A DNA stretch of 49,486 nt from Ignavibacteriaceae bacterium (GCA_036722835.1 DAIMIJ010000002.1:1-49486), one strand, 5' to 3'. Positions 9,601 to 22,734 are shown, counted from the first letter of the stretch. Numbers and translations: made by a program. Notes: generated by a model not told the origin, from the letters alone.

Positions 9601-10725
9601 ATGAATAGAGTTTCCTTTAAAATAAATTATGTATTTACACTTCTTTTTTTTGCACCATTGCAGACGGTTGATCTATTTCCACAAGCATCCTCCGAAGTTG
9701 TACTTGAGAATGTTTCCGTAACTGCGATAAGGGATGAACCCAATTATGTCTGGCTTGCGACCTACGGGCAAGGCATATACAAATATTCAAAAAAGGATAA
9801 TAAGTGGACTAACTTCTCAACAAGCAGTAAAAACCTGGATAACGATTTATTTTCTTGTTTAGCTGTCAGTGATGACTACGTTTGGGCCGGATCAATTGAA
9901 GGATTATTTACCTATGATAAAAAAAGAAATTCATGGCGAAAAAGAAAATTTGCTGTCGGCGGTGAAATGGGTAATTGGATTCGTTCGCTTTGTTACGATA
10001 AAAAAGAAAATACCCTTTGGATTGGACGATTTAAAAATTTAACCGAGCTTGACATTAAAAAGCAAAAATTCACTGAGCATGATTTGACAAAAAATAATGA
10101 CCCGAAAACAAACACTATTAAATCGATAGAATTGGATGGGGACAGTCTCGTTTGGTTTGGTTCTGAATCCGGTGTTCATATTTATAACAAGCAAGTAAAG
10201 GATTCGGCATCTGCATGGAAGTTCATCAGTAACAAAAAGGGATTTAACGCTGAAGGTTATGCAGTATCAGTTTCCGATTTTCTTTTTGAAGGAGATAATA
10301 TTTGGTTTGCTACAGATGAATTTGTAACTCCTCAGCAGCCGAGTTTTAATTTGGGAGGAATTTATAAGTATAATCGTAAATTAAAATGGGAGAGAATTTC
10401 CAAGCAAGACGGATTGCCCGGTAATGGGATTTATTGTTTAGAAAAAACCGGTAATAAAATTTGGGCTGCTGTTTATGCTTTCGATAAAAAGAACAAAAAA
10501 GAATATGGCAAAGGATTTGTGATAATTGATAGGATCACAGGGGAAATTTTAAACATAGATCTTAACCAAACAAATATTAGTTCGTCGCTGGTACAAACTT
10601 TTTATTTTGATGGAAACGAAATGTGGGTAGGAACGGATAAGGGCTTGTACAAATTCGCTGTAAACAATCCATTAGCTAAATGGAGCGGAAAAAAAGAAGT
10701 TCACAAAACCAATAAGAAGAAATAA
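9601..10725 (+). CDS. Secreted beta-propeller protein with Reg_prop-like (two-component regulator propeller) repeats
   Basis: Hydrophobic N-terminus. About 7 repeats of the type VWLATYGQGIYKY / VWAGSIEGLFTY / LWIGRFKNL / VWFGSESGVHIY / IWFATDE / IWAAVYA / MWVGTDKGLYKF. Confidence 0.7.
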   Translation: MNRVSFKINYVFTLLFFAPLQTVDLFPQASSEVVLENVSVTAIRDEPNYVWLATYGQGIYKYSKKDNKWTNFSTSSKNLDNDLFSCLAVSDDYVWAGSIEGLFTYDKKRNSWRKRKFAVGGEMGNWIRSLCYDKKENTLWIGRFKNLTELDIKKQKFTEHDLTKNNDPKTNTIKSIELDGDSLVWFGSESGVHIYNKQVKDSASAWKFISNKKGFNAEGYAVSVSDFLFEGDNIWFATDEFVTPQQPSFNLGGIYKYNRKLKWERISKQDGLPGNGIYCLEKTGNKIWAAVYAFDKKNKKEYGKGFVIIDRITGEILNIDLNQTNISSSLVQTFYFDGNEMWVGTDKGLYKFAVNNPLAKWSGKKEVHKTNKKK

Positions 10726-10937
10726 ATCTTTTGTTAAATATTCATACCTGATAAAAAAATACTTTCGCAAACATCGCTATAAACCCCATTTACAGTATTA
10801 CTTCTTAAATTGCATTTCAAAACCTCAATAGTTAATTTTGGTTTCGTTTAATCTGCATAAAGCGGGTTGAGGATTAGTTTAATTCTTCGAAGCTTACTTT
10901 GGAGCAATACTATTTTTTCGATTGGAGAAACCTTTAG

Positions 10938-14344
<3,407 letters not shown>

Positions 14345-14389
14345 AATATTTTACCTTTTCATTTTACACATTCTTATTTAGCTTTTCAT

Positions 14390-16576
14390 ATGCTAATATT
14401 TAATCCCTCGTTTAAAAAATACATCTCTGCTGTTTTACTTGCTTTCATTTTATCCGGCTGCGGAGTGTGGGAAGATTTTACCACATACTTTAACTTATAC
14501 TATAACACAAAAGATAAATTTCAGGAAGCTGAATCTGCTATCAAGCTTCAGCGTAAAAATCTTTTTGAATTTGAAGAAACAAATATTTCCGGAAATGTTC
14601 CGCAGCTTTTAAATAATGTAATTGAGAAAAGTTCAAGGATACTGCAATTTCATTCCGATTCGCGTTTTGTTGATAATGCCTTGCTCATGCTTGGGAAATC
14701 CTTTTATTATCAAAAAAACTATCAGAAAGCATTAAGAAAATTTCAAGAACTTCTTGTAACCCGTCCTGAGAGCGATTTGATTCTTGAAAATGATTTATGG
14801 ATTGCTAAAACACAGATGAGATTAAAAGATTTCAAGAATGCATTACCGGCTTTGAAAAGCCTGAGAGAACAAGCCGTTGAAGAAGGTGAGGATGAAATTA
14901 TTAAGGATGCTTATGTTGAAGAAATTGTTCATTTGATTATTCTAGAGAATTACCCTTCTGCTATTTCACTCATTAATGAGTTTTTAGAAGTATCTGATAA
15001 CGACGAGGTCAATGCAGAAGTGATGTACGAATTGGGAAAACTCTACATAAAAATAAATGATGTTAACAGCGCAATTGCTTCATTTGAAAAAGTTTTTGAT
15101 TATTCACCATCATTTAATATAGAATTGAACTCTAAGATTGAATTGACCTCAGCGTTACGTAAGACTGAAGAAAACGAAAAGGCATTATCCATTCTTGAAG
15201 ATATGCGAAATCAAAATAAATATTCCGATTCATTCGATAAAATTGATCTTGAAACCGGGATAACTTTATACAATTTAAAAAGAATTGAAGAATCTGTTGA
15301 TCTGCTGATGAAAGTTGATACAACTTATATTACCTCAGTTAATTCCGGCATTGCAAAGTTTAAGCTGGGAGAGATTTTCGAGTATCATTATAAAAATTTT
15401 GACAGTGCAAGCTATTATTACGCTAAGTCAGCAGGTTCAACTGCTCCACCGGAATATTCCAAACAAGCATCGGAAAAAGCTCAGCTATTTAAAAAATATC
15501 AATCTCTGCAAAAAAGTATTTTCGATGCACGAAAACAGCTTTCATATATAGAAAATCCGGAGATATTCGTTCAGGATTCAATTGCATTTTATTCTGACAC
15601 GTTAAGTGCCGAAGAAAAGGAATTGCAATCGGTTGAATTAGGTGAAAGAAGAAATCCGGGTGATGAAAGAGGATTTGTTCAACCTTTAAAAACGCAATTA
15701 AAAACGGAAACAAAAAATCCCCCTGTGCGTCCCACTATCAGCATTGATTCGGTAAAAAGCATAATAGTGAAAAATGAATACGACCTTGCGAATTTATTCT
15801 TCACAGAACTTAATGTTCCTGACTCAGCTTATTACTATTATAAAAACATAATAGAGAATTTTCCCGATTCAAGATATCATTCTCGATCGCTTTATTCTTT
15901 AGGAACATACTACAATGGAGTTGGCAGAAAAGAAGAAGCGGACAGCATTTTCAACTTTATCTACGATAACTATAAAAACGAAAACATTGTAAACGCCGCT
16001 GCCGTTCAACTTAAAAAGCCCTTGATAAATTTAACCTACGATCCTGCAGACGAATTATATGGTGATGCAGAAAAAATACTGCTTGAGAAAAAATATAGTG
16101 AGTCGGTAAATAAATTTTACAACATTTTTCGAGAATATCCGAAATCACCTTTTGCTCCAAAAGCATTGTATGCCGGAGGTTGGATTTTAGAAAATGAGCT
16201 AAAGCTTTTGGATTCTGCAGCAGTGTTTTACGACAGCATAAATGCTAAATATCCTCAATCTTTGTACGCTTCCAATATTAAGTCGAAGTTGACATTTTAT
16301 CAGGGAGAAATTAACAGAAGAAAAAAAGTAATTGAAGATTCCCTTAAACAGATCGAATTAAAAAAATTGGGTGAAACGAAATCAGATTCATTAAATCAAT
16401 CCATCAATCCGAATGAAGAAATAAAAAAGGAACAACTGCAAATAGATACGAGGTTGGAAAATGAAAAAGATAGTGAGATTAAGCGCAATGAGATGGAAGA
16501 AAATGAATTGAAAAAATCAGATATTCCTATTGATATAAAAGAACCCGAACAACAAAAATCGGATAAGATAAAATAA
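14390..16576 (+). CDS. TPR-repeat lipoprotein with an E/K-rich C-terminal tail
   Basis: Lipobox LSGC near the N-terminus, multiple TPR-like helical repeats, and a highly charged last ~100 aa (Glu/Lys/Asn rich). Confidence 0.7.
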   Translation: MLIFNPSFKKYISAVLLAFILSGCGVWEDFTTYFNLYYNTKDKFQEAESAIKLQRKNLFEFEETNISGNVPQLLNNVIEKSSRILQFHSDSRFVDNALLMLGKSFYYQKNYQKALRKFQELLVTRPESDLILENDLWIAKTQMRLKDFKNALPALKSLREQAVEEGEDEIIKDAYVEEIVHLIILENYPSAISLINEFLEVSDNDEVNAEVMYELGKLYIKINDVNSAIASFEKVFDYSPSFNIELNSKIELTSALRKTEENEKALSILEDMRNQNKYSDSFDKIDLETGITLYNLKRIEESVDLLMKVDTTYITSVNSGIAKFKLGEIFEYHYKNFDSASYYYAKSAGSTAPPEYSKQASEKAQLFKKYQSLQKSIFDARKQLSYIENPEIFVQDSIAFYSDTLSAEEKELQSVELGERRNPGDERGFVQPLKTQLKTETKNPPVRPTISIDSVKSIIVKNEYDLANLFFTELNVPDSAYYYYKNIIENFPDSRYHSRSLYSLGTYYNGVGRKEEADSIFNFIYDNYKNENIVNAAAVQLKKPLINLTYDPADELYGDAEKILLEKKYSESVNKFYNIFREYPKSPFAPKALYAGGWILENELKLLDSAAVFYDSINAKYPQSLYASNIKSKLTFYQGEINRRKKVIEDSLKQIELKKLGETKSDSLNQSINPNEEIKKEQLQIDTRLENEKDSEIKRNEMEENELKKSDIPIDIKEPEQQKSDKIK

Positions 16577-16627
16577 GAAGTAATTCTTAACTAAATGATC
16601 TAAGTAAATTCTTTTGAAGATTCATTC

Positions 16628-17380
16628 ATGAATTACTCTCAATTTCCTAAAAATGAGCTTGCTGAAATTTTTAGCAAGTTTCTGCCAACCATAAAAAAGA
16701 GAAAAATATTCATTTCACTCGTTTACCTGGCATTTATTTTTTACTTCAGTATTCCGTCATTTAACATTCCCTGGCTTCAATTCGGCAGAACAAGAATTAC
16801 ATCATTGATGGAGCAGCGTGCTTTAGAAAGTTTTATGATTTATTATCCTAGGCAATCGTGGGTTGATATTGATGATGTTAACCCGAGCTTGCTAAAAGCG
16901 ATAGTGTCAATGGAAGATGGAAAATTCTTCACGCACAAAGGAATTGATTGGAAAGAATTGAAAACTTCAATTCGTCTGAATAAAAGACGGGGAAGATCGG
17001 TTCGAGGAGGAAGCACAATCACTATGCAGCTATCTAAAAACTTATTTCTCTCTACGAGTAAAAGCATTTTTAGGAAAGGTAAAGAATTTTTAATTACGCT
17101 TAGGATTGAAAAAGAGCTTTCTAAAAAATCCATCTTAGAAAATTATATTAACATTATTGAATGGGGTGACGGTATTTTCGGAATTAAAAAAGCTGCCGAT
17201 ATTTATTTCAACAAAGAGCCGCGGGACTTGTCTGCGATAGAAAGTTCGCGATTAGCGGCTGTTATTCCTTCACCATTACGCTATGACCCTTCAGCAAATT
17301 CTCGTTATGTAAGCAGGCGTTCGTCCATAATCAGAGGCAGATTGGGCGATGTTCAATTATTTCCGGATGATGTAAAATGA
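16628..17380 (+). CDS. mtgA: Monofunctional peptidoglycan glycosyltransferase
   Basis: N-terminal TM segment. GT51 motifs EDGKFFTHKGIDW, GGSTITMQLSKNLFL and RKGKEFLITLRIEK. Confidence 0.9.
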   Translation: MNYSQFPKNELAEIFSKFLPTIKKRKIFISLVYLAFIFYFSIPSFNIPWLQFGRTRITSLMEQRALESFMIYYPRQSWVDIDDVNPSLLKAIVSMEDGKFFTHKGIDWKELKTSIRLNKRRGRSVRGGSTITMQLSKNLFLSTSKSIFRKGKEFLITLRIEKELSKKSILENYINIIEWGDGIFGIKKAADIYFNKEPRDLSAIESSRLAAVIPSPLRYDPSANSRYVSRRSSIIRGRLGDVQLFPDDVK

Positions 17381-18033
17381 AACCGCGAGAATTGCTTGAA
17401 CTTATTGAGGAGGGAGAAAGCCTAACTTGTGAGTTCAAAAGAAAATTTTCAACTACCGAAAAAATTGTACGTGAAATGATTGCATTTGCTAATACTAAAG
17501 GCGGTTATCTTATAATCGGTGTTGATGATGATAAAGAAATTTTCGGAGTCGAAAGCGAAAAAGCTGAAGCAGAATTAATCTATGATGCAGCTAAAAACTT
17601 CTGTGAACCACCATTGGATGTAAGCATTGATTATGTGGAAGTTAAAGGTAAAGAGGTTGTAGTTGTAGAAGTATTTGAATCGCAGAATAAGCCGCATAGA
17701 ATTCAAGATTATCTTAACGAATTAGATGTGAACAAATCTGTCGTAACTATAAGAGTAAACGATAAGAGTGTTCAGGCGAGTAAAGAAATGATACGAATAT
17801 TAAAGTCGCAATCTTCAGAACTAAGCTTGAAAAAATATTCAATCGGTTCTAATGAAAAAGCGGTATTTGAATTTTTAGATAAATATGAAAGAATTACTGT
17901 AAAGGAATTGAGTAATTATGTTAACATTTCCGAAAGAAGAGCATCTCGAACATTGGTAAAATTAGTCAGAGCAAATTTGCTTTTCTTGCACACAAAAGAT
18001 AATGGAGAAGAGTTTTTTACTTCTGCTCAATAA
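17377..18033 (+). CDS. AlbA_2 (Schlafen-type) DNA-binding domain protein with a C-terminal winged HTH
   Basis: EGESLTCEFKRKF and IAFANTKGGYLIIGVDDDKEIFGV are typical AlbA_2 motifs. The C-terminal EKAVFEFLDKYERITVKELSNYVNISERRASRTLVKLV looks like a wHTH. ATGA overlap with the mtgA stop. Confidence 0.75.
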   Translation: MKPRELLELIEEGESLTCEFKRKFSTTEKIVREMIAFANTKGGYLIIGVDDDKEIFGVESEKAEAELIYDAAKNFCEPPLDVSIDYVEVKGKEVVVVEVFESQNKPHRIQDYLNELDVNKSVVTIRVNDKSVQASKEMIRILKSQSSELSLKKYSIGSNEKAVFEFLDKYERITVKELSNYVNISERRASRTLVKLVRANLLFLHTKDNGEEFFTSAQ

Positions 18034-18063
18034 AAAATAATACTAACAAAAACATTTTATAGA

Positions 18064-18096
18064 GTACTTGAAAGATATCTTTTATTTATCAAGTAC
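18064..18096. terminator. Hairpin between convergent genes (possible bidirectional terminator)
   Basis: GTACTTGA (18064-18071) pairs with TCAAGTAC (18089-18096). The loop contains the palindrome AAGATATCTT. Flanks are T-rich downstream and A-rich upstream. Confidence 0.5.
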
Positions 18097-18130
18097 ACTT
18101 TCTATTTGAGATTCTGAATAGTGTTACAAA

Positions 18131-20521
18131 CTATTCCATAGCCCTCATTTTGTAGAAAGATCGCCATGCAAAAGTCAATCCGATAAGTAGAAATACGATT
18201 CCTATGTATGGAGCGTTATGTCTAAATCCTTCAGAAATAGAAATTTCCATAGCAAGCAAACCGAAAAGAGTGGTGAATTTAATTATAGGATTTAAGGAGA
18301 CAGAAGAAGTATCCTTAAATGGATCACCAACTGTATCACCTATTACTGTAGCAGCATGAAGTTCTGTCCCTTTTTCATTCAAATCAACCTCGACGACTTT
18401 TTTAGCATTATCCCATGCACCTCCAGCATTAGCCATAAATACAGCCTGGAAGAGACCAAAAACAGCTATTGAAATAAGGAAACTTACAAATAAGGAAACA
18501 GGTGTAGTTGAACTTGATGGAGCTGAAAAAAAAGCAAATGCAAGAGCAAGACTGAAAATTGTAATAAAAATATTAAACATTCCTTTTTGTGCATATTGTG
18601 TGCAAATCTTTACGACCTCTTTTGATTTCTCCATAGAGGCACTCTTGCTTGCAGTTTCATCTAATTGAATATTTTTTTTAATGTACTCGACTGCCCTATG
18701 CGCACCAGTTGTAACAGCCTGTGTTGATGCACCTGTAAACCAGTATATTACAGCGCCGCCGCAAATAAAACCGATGTTTGTGTAAGGGTTAAGTAAACTT
18801 AAGACAGATGCAGGATCAATCCCTAAAGTTTGTTTAAGTACTAGTATAAGTGAAAAGATCATTGCAGTAGCACCGACTACTGCAGTGCCTATCAGAACAG
18901 GTTTAGCAGTAGCTTTAAATGTGTTGCCAGCGCCATCATTGGCTTCAAGGTAATATTTTGCTTTTTCAAAATCCGGTTTGAAACCGAAATCTCTTTCAAT
19001 TTCTTTGGCAATATCCTTTTGTTCTTCAATTAAAGAAAGTTCATAGATTGATTGTGCATTATCAGTCACTGGTCCATAACTATCCACAGCTATAGTTACA
19101 GGTCCCATTCCTAAGAATCCAAATGCAACTAAACCAAAAGCAAAAATAGAAGGGTAAATCATTAGCTCTGTTAGTCCATACGTACTTGCAGAATAAGCAA
19201 TAAACATAAGCATTGCAAAAACCAGCCCCATCCAGAAAGCACTGAAATTTCCTGCTACGAATCCCGATAAAATTGTTAAGGAAGCTCCGCCTTCTCTTGA
19301 TGATGAAATGATTTCATCAACATGTTTAGATTTAGTACTTGTAAATATTTTAGTGAACTCAGGTATTAGAGCAGCACCTAATGTTCCGCAGCTTATTACA
19401 ATTGAAAGTGTGATCCAAAGATTATTAGGAAGATGTCCGATGAGGAGAGCACTAAGAACAAAAGTAACAATAATTGAAACAATTGAAGTTATCCAGACAA
19501 GAGAGGTCAAAGGAGTTTCAAAATCTATTTCGTCTTTGTTAGAAAATCTTAAATGTGAAATGAAGCGGTTGATATAAAAAGATCCAATTGATGTAATAAT
19601 CATCATTATGCGCATTGCAAAAATCCAGGTAAGCAGTTCAGTCTGAATAGCAACATCAAAAACAGCAAGCACAATTAAGCTGATCAAAGCAACGCCGGTA
19701 ACTCCATAAGTTTCAAATCCATCAGCAGTGGGTCCAACACTATCTCCTGCATTATCACCGGTACAATCTGCAATCACTCCGGGATTTCTTGGATCATCTT
19801 CTTTTATTTTAAATACGATCTTCATCAAATCCGAACCAATGTCTGCAATCTTTGTAAAAATACCTCCAGCTATTCTTAACGCACTTGCACCTAATGATTC
19901 ACCGATTGCAAAACCGATAAAACAAGCTCCGGCAAATTCACGGGGCATAAACAAAAGAATTATTAACATCATGATTAATTCTACACAAACCAACATAACA
20001 CCAATGCTAATACCGGCATCTTGTGGAATATTCGATAACTTTATTGGTTTTCGTTCCAATGAAGCAAAAGCCATTCTACTATTCGCTAAAGTATTCATTC
20101 TTATCCCGAACCACGCCACACCATAAGAACCAAGAATTCCTACAACAGTCCATAGAAGGATTACAAATACATCAAAAATTTTACTGTTCATCAGGTAACC
20201 GAAGTAAAAAGAAATACAGACAGCGATAAAGACGAAAAGAATTATCAAGAGCTTGCCTTGTTGTAGTAAGTATGTTTTGCAAGTCTCAAATATTATCTGT
20301 GCTATATCAAGCATAGATTGATGAGCTTTAAGTCGTTTGACTTTTAGAAATTGATAGAGACCAAAAAGCACTCCTAAAAAGCATACTAAAAATCCATAAT
20401 GCAAGAGAGTCTGTTGTGAATCATTTAATACTGGTATTTTCAAACTTGATTCACCAGCGTAAGCTGAAAGACTGGGTAATAGAAGCAGAATGAGAAAGAT
20501 TATTTTTTTCATATTGATCAT
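18131..20521 (-). CDS. hppA: Membrane-bound proton-translocating pyrophosphatase, divergent and probably of the K+-independent type
   Basis: DCTGDNAGDSVGPTADGFETY, GGAWDNAKK and GDTVGDPFKDT motifs, with many TM segments. GNTFKATAKP carries Lys at the K+-dependence position. The second ATG at 20512 (MKKIIFLILLLL...) is an alternative start. Confidence 0.92.
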   Translation of the reverse strand: MINMKKIIFLILLLLPSLSAYAGESSLKIPVLNDSQQTLLHYGFLVCFLGVLFGLYQFLKVKRLKAHQSMLDIAQIIFETCKTYLLQQGKLLIILFVFIAVCISFYFGYLMNSKIFDVFVILLWTVVGILGSYGVAWFGIRMNTLANSRMAFASLERKPIKLSNIPQDAGISIGVMLVCVELIMMLIILLFMPREFAGACFIGFAIGESLGASALRIAGGIFTKIADIGSDLMKIVFKIKEDDPRNPGVIADCTGDNAGDSVGPTADGFETYGVTGVALISLIVLAVFDVAIQTELLTWIFAMRIMMIITSIGSFYINRFISHLRFSNKDEIDFETPLTSLVWITSIVSIIVTFVLSALLIGHLPNNLWITLSIVISCGTLGAALIPEFTKIFTSTKSKHVDEIISSSREGGASLTILSGFVAGNFSAFWMGLVFAMLMFIAYSASTYGLTELMIYPSIFAFGLVAFGFLGMGPVTIAVDSYGPVTDNAQSIYELSLIEEQKDIAKEIERDFGFKPDFEKAKYYLEANDGAGNTFKATAKPVLIGTAVVGATAMIFSLILVLKQTLGIDPASVLSLLNPYTNIGFICGGAVIYWFTGASTQAVTTGAHRAVEYIKKNIQLDETASKSASMEKSKEVVKICTQYAQKGMFNIFITIFSLALAFAFFSAPSSSTTPVSLFVSFLISIAVFGLFQAVFMANAGGAWDNAKKVVEVDLNEKGTELHAATVIGDTVGDPFKDTSSVSLNPIIKFTTLFGLLAMEISISEGFRHNAPYIGIVFLLIGLTFAWRSFYKMRAME

Positions 20522-20718
20522 CCGGTAATTTGAGGAAGATAATTTTTTAATTGTTCAATTACCTTATAGATTGAAATTCGCTTAAGCTTCAGATCATCTC
20601 TGAAGTCTTGGTTATTCGTACCGGCAATTTCAGGGCTCATCTCAGACACGTATTCTTGAAGTGCAGCAAGGGTATATTTTATATCTTGCTCAGATAATTG
20701 AAGTTCAAGTTTTAACAT
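20518..20718 (-). CDS. Small acidic helical hypothetical protein, translationally coupled to hppA
   Basis: 66-aa ORF with no TM segment. Its TGA overlaps the first hppA ATG (ATGA). It fills the stretch between the 235-bp AT-rich spacer and hppA. Confidence 0.5.
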   Translation of the reverse strand: MLKLELQLSEQDIKYTLAALQEYVSEMSPEIAGTNNQDFRDDLKLKRISIYKVIEQLKNYLPQITG

Positions 20719-20953
20719 ATTTGTCTCTTAGATTGTATTTAAAAATGAAATTTAAAATTGTTATCTATAAACTTTGATAAATACTATGTTAAATATATGA
20801 TTTTTCTATTATTGAATTAAAATTAATAGTTTAAAATAGTTTGCTAATGATATTCGATTGATTTATAAACTATTTTTTTAGAAACCGAATTTAAGAATCA
20901 AGCAAAAAAGTCCAGAAATTCATTGAAAAACCCAAACAAAAAAATAAATGCTA

Positions 20954-21490
20954 TTACATGTAATCAAAAATTTTTCTCAATTCAAATATTGCAACCCCAT
21001 AGGCAACAGCAACATTTAGAGATTGCTTAATTCCATATTGAGGTATTTCAATAGATTTATCGCAAAGATCAAGTAACTCTTGAGATACGCCTGTAATTTC
21101 ATTTCCGACCACTAAACAGATTGGAAAATCTACAAATCCGATTTGATGATAAGGAATGCTTTTATCTGTGAGTTCTAAAGCGCAAATTTGAATTCCTCTG
21201 CTTTTTAATTGACTTATCAACGTCTTCGCATCTTTTACATATTCCCATTTCACACTTTCAGTTGAACCCAAAGCAGTTTTCAGAACTTCCTTTTTAGGAG
21301 GGCAGGGTGTGTAACCGCACAAATAAAGTTTTTCTATCATTGCGCCATCTGAGGTACGGAAAATAGAACCAACGTTATAATTGCTTCTGATACTGTTAAG
21401 TAAAACATAAACAGGTAATTTTTTGACTTTGTGTAAAGTTTCAATTGTGTTTCTGCTCAGTGCAATTTCATCGTGAGAAAGTTTTCGCAT
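20954..21490 (-). CDS. SpoU/TrmH-family RNA 2'-O-methyltransferase
   Basis: 178 aa. NVGSIFRTSDGA, LVVGNEITGVS and SLNVAVAYGVAIFE motifs of SPOUT methylases. Confidence 0.85.
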   Translation of the reverse strand: MRKLSHDEIALSRNTIETLHKVKKLPVYVLLNSIRSNYNVGSIFRTSDGAMIEKLYLCGYTPCPPKKEVLKTALGSTESVKWEYVKDAKTLISQLKSRGIQICALELTDKSIPYHQIGFVDFPICLVVGNEITGVSQELLDLCDKSIEIPQYGIKQSLNVAVAYGVAIFELRKIFDYM

Positions 21491-21510
21491 AAAAAATTTC
21501 TATTTTCTTT

Positions 21511-22614
21511 TTATATGAACTTAACAGCAAGCTGTCCGCAAGCTGCCGCAATATCATCACCTTGAGTTTGGCGAACCATAACAGTAATGTTTTTATCTTT
21601 AAGTTTTCTGACAAACTCATCTATTTTATTTTCTGGGGTTGATTCAAGTTCTGATGAAAATCCTGTAGGATTCATGTGCTTCAATGAATTGAACGGTATA
21701 ACATTCACTTTTGAGGGAATCTCTTTGCAGATTTTTGCAAGCGCATTTAAATCTTCGTCAGTATCATTCAAATCTTTTAGCATTATATATTCAAATGTAA
21801 TTCTCGTACCGGTTTTTTTTGCGTAGTACCTAACTGCCAACAAATTTTCTTTCAGGGAATATTTCTGATTTATCGGCATCAGCTTACTTCTCATCTCTTC
21901 AAAACAAGAATGAAGAGACAATGCTATCTTTACATTGATACCGGTATCAGCAAGCTCACGGATTTTAGGAGCAATTCCTGCAGTTGACACTGTAATTTTC
22001 TTAATGCTTATTCCTTTTGTCAATTCACTTGAAAAAATACTCAAGCTCTTTATTGTGTTCTGATAATTCAGAAGCGGTTCACCCATTCCCATGTAAACAA
22101 TGTTTGTAATATTATCTTTGCCATAATCTTTTGCAGCCAGCATGTATTGATCAAAAATTTCCCCTGAAGTAAGATTTCTTTTATATCCCATTAAACCTGT
22201 GGCGCAAAATTGACAATCAAGCGGACAACCGACTTGTGTCGAAATACAAAGCGTTGTTCGAGTTTCTTCGGGGATGATAACAGACTCAATCTTGTTGTTA
22301 TCTTTTGTGGCAAAAATATATTTTTTTGTTTTTGTGTTTACTGATTCTTCGGAGTGAAAGTATTCTAATGTTTGAAGTTCTATTTCATCTCTAATATCGT
22401 TTCTTATTGTCTTTGGAATATTACTCATTTCATCAATATTAGTAGAGAGATGATTATACATCCAGTAAAAAAATTGTTCACCGCGAAATTTTTGCAAATT
22501 TTTTGAAAGAAAATAATCCTTTAGCTCAGATAGAGTTAATCCCTTAAGTAGAACTTTTTTCTGAATTTGATTCTCAGATTTTTCTTCAGTTGGCAAGTCC
22601 GTCCTGTTTTCCAT
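21511..22614 (-). CDS. rlmN: 23S rRNA/tRNA adenine-C2 methyltransferase, radical SAM
   Basis: CPLDCQFCATG radical-SAM cluster, GMGEPLLNY, and C-terminal AACGQL. Confidence 0.93.
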   Translation of the reverse strand: MENRTDLPTEEKSENQIQKKVLLKGLTLSELKDYFLSKNLQKFRGEQFFYWMYNHLSTNIDEMSNIPKTIRNDIRDEIELQTLEYFHSEESVNTKTKKYIFATKDNNKIESVIIPEETRTTLCISTQVGCPLDCQFCATGLMGYKRNLTSGEIFDQYMLAAKDYGKDNITNIVYMGMGEPLLNYQNTIKSLSIFSSELTKGISIKKITVSTAGIAPKIRELADTGINVKIALSLHSCFEEMRSKLMPINQKYSLKENLLAVRYYAKKTGTRITFEYIMLKDLNDTDEDLNALAKICKEIPSKVNVIPFNSLKHMNPTGFSSELESTPENKIDEFVRKLKDKNITVMVRQTQGDDIAAACGQLAVKFI

Positions 22615-22734
22615 ATCAAAATATAAAAAGAAGAATTTATGTATAAAATAAAAACATTTCTCATTTTATCTACTATTATATAAATTAAAAGAGGGTCAAA
22701 AAAAAATTCTTTAAATTTAACCACAGGTACAAAA

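Noticed and set aside
10726-10937. 212-bp spacer upstream of secA as a possible leader or ncRNA
   Set aside because: I found no convincing stem-loops, repeats or a small ORF with coding character. A TAATTTTG word resembling the Bacteroidetes -7 box is present, but it is too weak to call without promoter mapping.
16843-17133. 96-aa minus-strand ORF inside mtgA
   Set aside because: It is antisense to the conserved GT51 motifs and has no start context or recognisable domain.
17377-18033. Treating the AlbA_2 protein, or the WYL-like ORF at 56-310, as evidence of a defence island
   Set aside because: Neither is flanked by nucleases of known defence types, ATPases, methylases, integrases or compositional shifts. 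The surrounding genes are core housekeeping genes.
19308-20229. Three plus-strand ORFs (89, 132 and 68 aa) inside hppA
   Set aside because: They are antisense to a strongly supported, motif-rich membrane PPase gene. Their composition (Ser/Pro/Ile-rich) is typical of shadow frames.
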